From Octopus bimaculoides (lineage: Eukaryota), in the NCBI RefSeq assembly GCF_001194135.2, contig NC_068988.1:878972-930180 (forward strand): a DNA stretch of 51,209 bases, read 5' to 3'. Position 1 is the first letter of the stretch; every line of letters starts with the position of its first letter. Below the pieces are notes generated by a model. It worked only from the letters and a program-made list of their open reading frames with translations, made no database searches and was not told the origin of the DNA. A program made the translations under genes and the position numbers. Positions 48,331 through 51,209 of the stretch are shown piece after piece.

Positions 48331-50832
48331 CAGCTACAGAGTCGAAACATTTCCTCAATGACATCCGGAAGTACAACTGTGCATTCCAAATGACAGCTTC
48401 CAGCGCTAATGTTCTTCAAGAAGGCGGGTTTATGCCTACTTTCAAAGTGCAGAGACAGATTTACCATAAGATAAGTTCGTTTGAACCTGCTGAAAATCAA
48501 GATCCTCAATTCCTTCAACTGTACTTTGTAGGCAATTTACATGAACAAGCCACCCGACGAAACTCCATTTCCACTGGCACTAAATTTCAATTGATAATGC
48601 AACTACAAGACCTTCTGCACCAGAAAAACAGCTACGTACGCAGCTTCAAGTGCGCCTTGGAAACAGAAGCTCTATCAAATTTTAATGTTGTCGTTGATGT
48701 CCAGAAAAGACCATCTAGGGAACATGCAGGCCGTTACAATGCACCCACATGCAATGAAATAGCTGTACTCCTTCACGGTGAACAGCACAATCCCAGAGAC
48801 ATTGTCCTTAGGCGACGTAACACCACCCTCCAACGAATTAGTGAAACGCATCGATCTTACGACACACTTCAGTATCCACTTCTGATTGTTAACAGTGAGG
48901 ACGGCTACCACATCGGTATACCACAACAAGATCCACAAAATCGTAATGAACATCTCAACAAGCCAATATCCTGCATGGACTTATACTCGTATCGATTTAT
49001 GACCCGAAACAACTGCTGTAATCATCTCCACCAGTCTCGAGAGTTGTTTCATCGATTTTCAGTCGATATGTACGCAAAAATGGAATCAGAGAGATTGTGT
49101 TTCATCAGGCCGCATAAAAAAAACAATTGCGCTCTGACAGCTACATCCATCTCCGAGATGCCATCAACAATGAAGCTGACCCAACAAGCATAGGAAGACT
49201 TTGCATCTTGCCCTCCACATTCATTGTAAGTCCCCGATATATGCATGAAAGAACACAGGATGCAATGACCTTTGTCCGCCATTACGGCAAGCCGGACCTA
49301 TTCATAACTTTCACATGCAATCCCAAGTGGAAGGAGATTCAGGCGGAACTCTTCTTCGGTCAAAAGCCTAAAGGCAGGCATGACCTCCTCGCCCGAGTTT
49401 TCCATCTGAAGTTAATCACTCTCATGGAGCTCATAAAAAAGGGCAAGCCTTCGAACCCATACAATGTGACATGTACACAATCGAATGGCAAGAAAGGGAC
49501 CTTCCACATGCTCATATCCTGCTTTGGCTGTCAACGAAGATCAAATCCATTGACATCGACAAGATAATCTCTGCAGAACTTCCTGATCCAGCTTTGCACA
49601 AAGTACTATACGAAATAGTTAAGGCAAACATGGTTCATGGTCCATGTGGGCGTGGATTGAACATAAACTCACCATGCTTGAAAGACAGCGTATGTTCGAA
49701 AAGGTTTCCAAGGAGGTTCCTATAAGAAACTCAGAAAGTGCTGATGGGTATCCATCATACAGACGAGAAAATCAGAAGACGGCGGTTTCACAGCAACTAT
49801 CGGACAGCTCGAAGTTGATAATAGATGGATTGTTCCCTACTGCCCGATCCTGTAAAAGACTTTCAATGACCACATCAACGTTGAGTTTTGCAACTCTGTT
49901 AAGTCCATAAAGTACGTTTGTAAGTATATGAACAAGGGTTCTGACGCTGCAATGCTTGGACTTCAACAACAATACTGCCAGGATGAGGTGATGCAATATT
50001 AGGTGGGACGGTACATAAGTAGCAACGAGGCTTTCTGGCGCATCTTCGGCTTTCCACTTCACCACCCCACCGTTCAGCAGCTTGCAGTGCACCTGGAAAA
50101 CGGTCAAAGTGTGTACTTCACCGATGCTAATGCTTCTCTGTTGGCAGAGGAACCAAGAGATAGCTCGCTCACAGCATTCTTCAAGCTTTGTCAAGTTGAT
50201 TCATTCACTCAAACCTTGCTGTATCTACAGATTCCATCGTACTACACTTGGAATGGAAAAAACGGACCCCAAGGAAAGCAGGTCAAAATGTTCATGGATA
50301 GCCTGGCATTAAGTTTGACACTTGCCTTGAGCAAGTATGCACAGTGCATCCCACTCAACAAGAGTGCTTCTACCTCCGCCTACTACTGCATGAGCTCAGA
50401 GGGCCAATGTCTTTCCAGGCCCTAAAAACCGTTCATGGACATGTCTGCACTACATATAGAGAAGCCTGCTATCGACAAGGACTGTTAGAAGATGGTGCAC
50501 AATGGGATGCAACTTTGGAAGAGGCTGCTTTATCACAATCACCTAAAAGTCTCAGGGCACTGTTTGCAGTTTTACTACAGACATGCGAACTGTGTGATCC
50601 TGCAACTCTATGGCTCAAGTACAGGGACAACCTGGCTGAAGACTTTAAGCAGCAAGCTCAACGGCTCTATCCTGACATGGAGGGTATCAGCAATGAAGTC
50701 TGCAACAAAACTCTCATTCACATTGAAGACAGAATCGCCACACTGGGTGGAAAGGAATTGTCCACGTATGGCCTGCCACAGACATTCAGGTCAGGGTCAA
50801 ATAACCTTCCTACTGCTGTCATTCATGAAACG
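48331..50832 (+). mobile_element. Degenerate Helitron RepHel, Rep (HUH) region; 5'-truncated and cut before the helicase
   Basis: Frameshifted pieces SKHFLNDIRKYNCAFQMT, PTFKVQRQIYH, YDTLQYPLL, LFHRFSVDMYAKMESERL, LPSTFIVSPRYM...GKPDLFITFTCNPKW, YTIEWQERDLPHAHILLWL (HUH), MVHGPCG, GRYISSNEAFWRIFGFP, HPTVQQLAVHLENGQ, ECFYLRLLL. Confidence 0.92.
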
Positions 50833-51209
50833 TGTTGTATTTCCCTCAGGAGACTCGCAGAGATAAGACAACGAGTTGTACAATTTAATTATTACATTTA
50901 TTATTCAATTACATACAAAGAACGCACTCACACAATGTTCGTTATGAATAAACAAGAATCATGTCCGCCATATATATCAATGACATTTTACTACGACAGT
51001 CACACAAGACAACAACAATGAAACAATGAACTCAGACGAACCACAGTGACACACGGAACGTCAGACGAATAATATATCCAACAGTCCATATAACACATCC
51101 CCACTGAAATTGATGCTACACAAGAAGTATCAACAGCAAAGTCTCTCTTGGGTTTTACGGGTTCTCTTGGACCGTCTTGGGTTGTCTGGTCCATACTCTG
51201 GAGCGGGTA
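50833..51209 (-). mobile_element. 3' end of a Gypsy-like LTR retrotransposon: pol tail, PPT and 3' LTR (about 50833-51095)
   Basis: Minus strand: PAPEYGPDNPRRSKRTRKTQERLCC*, then purine-rich AGTGGGGA, then an LTR TGTTATAT...ATACAACA (7/8 inverted termini) with internal AATAAA. Confidence 0.7.

Overview
AT-rich eukaryotic genomic DNA with several N gaps. It is very probably from an octopus (inferred from the dense tRNA-headed SINE families and (AT)n/(GT)n/(CAT)n microsatellites). One protein-coding gene is well supported: the first four coding exons (192 aa, minus strand, 7797 to 904, continuing off the left edge) of an SLC17/ACS-family MFS anion transporter whose motifs look more PHT4/DgoT-like than VNUT-like. 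The 8-43 kb interval is mostly SINEs, TTAA-flanked piggyBac-like MITEs, LINE remnants and microsatellites. It also holds weak signs of further minus-strand exons and a candidate promoter/first exon near 40.3 kb. The right end (43-51 kb) is a transposon cluster: a Penelope-like GIY-YIG fragment, an internally deleted maT (DD37D-type) element, an interstitial (TTAGGG)n array with a hairpin and a flanking direct repeat, and a degenerate Helitron Rep region cut by the 3' end of a Gypsy-like LTR retrotransposon. Repeat boundaries were read by eye and are approximate unless termini are quoted.
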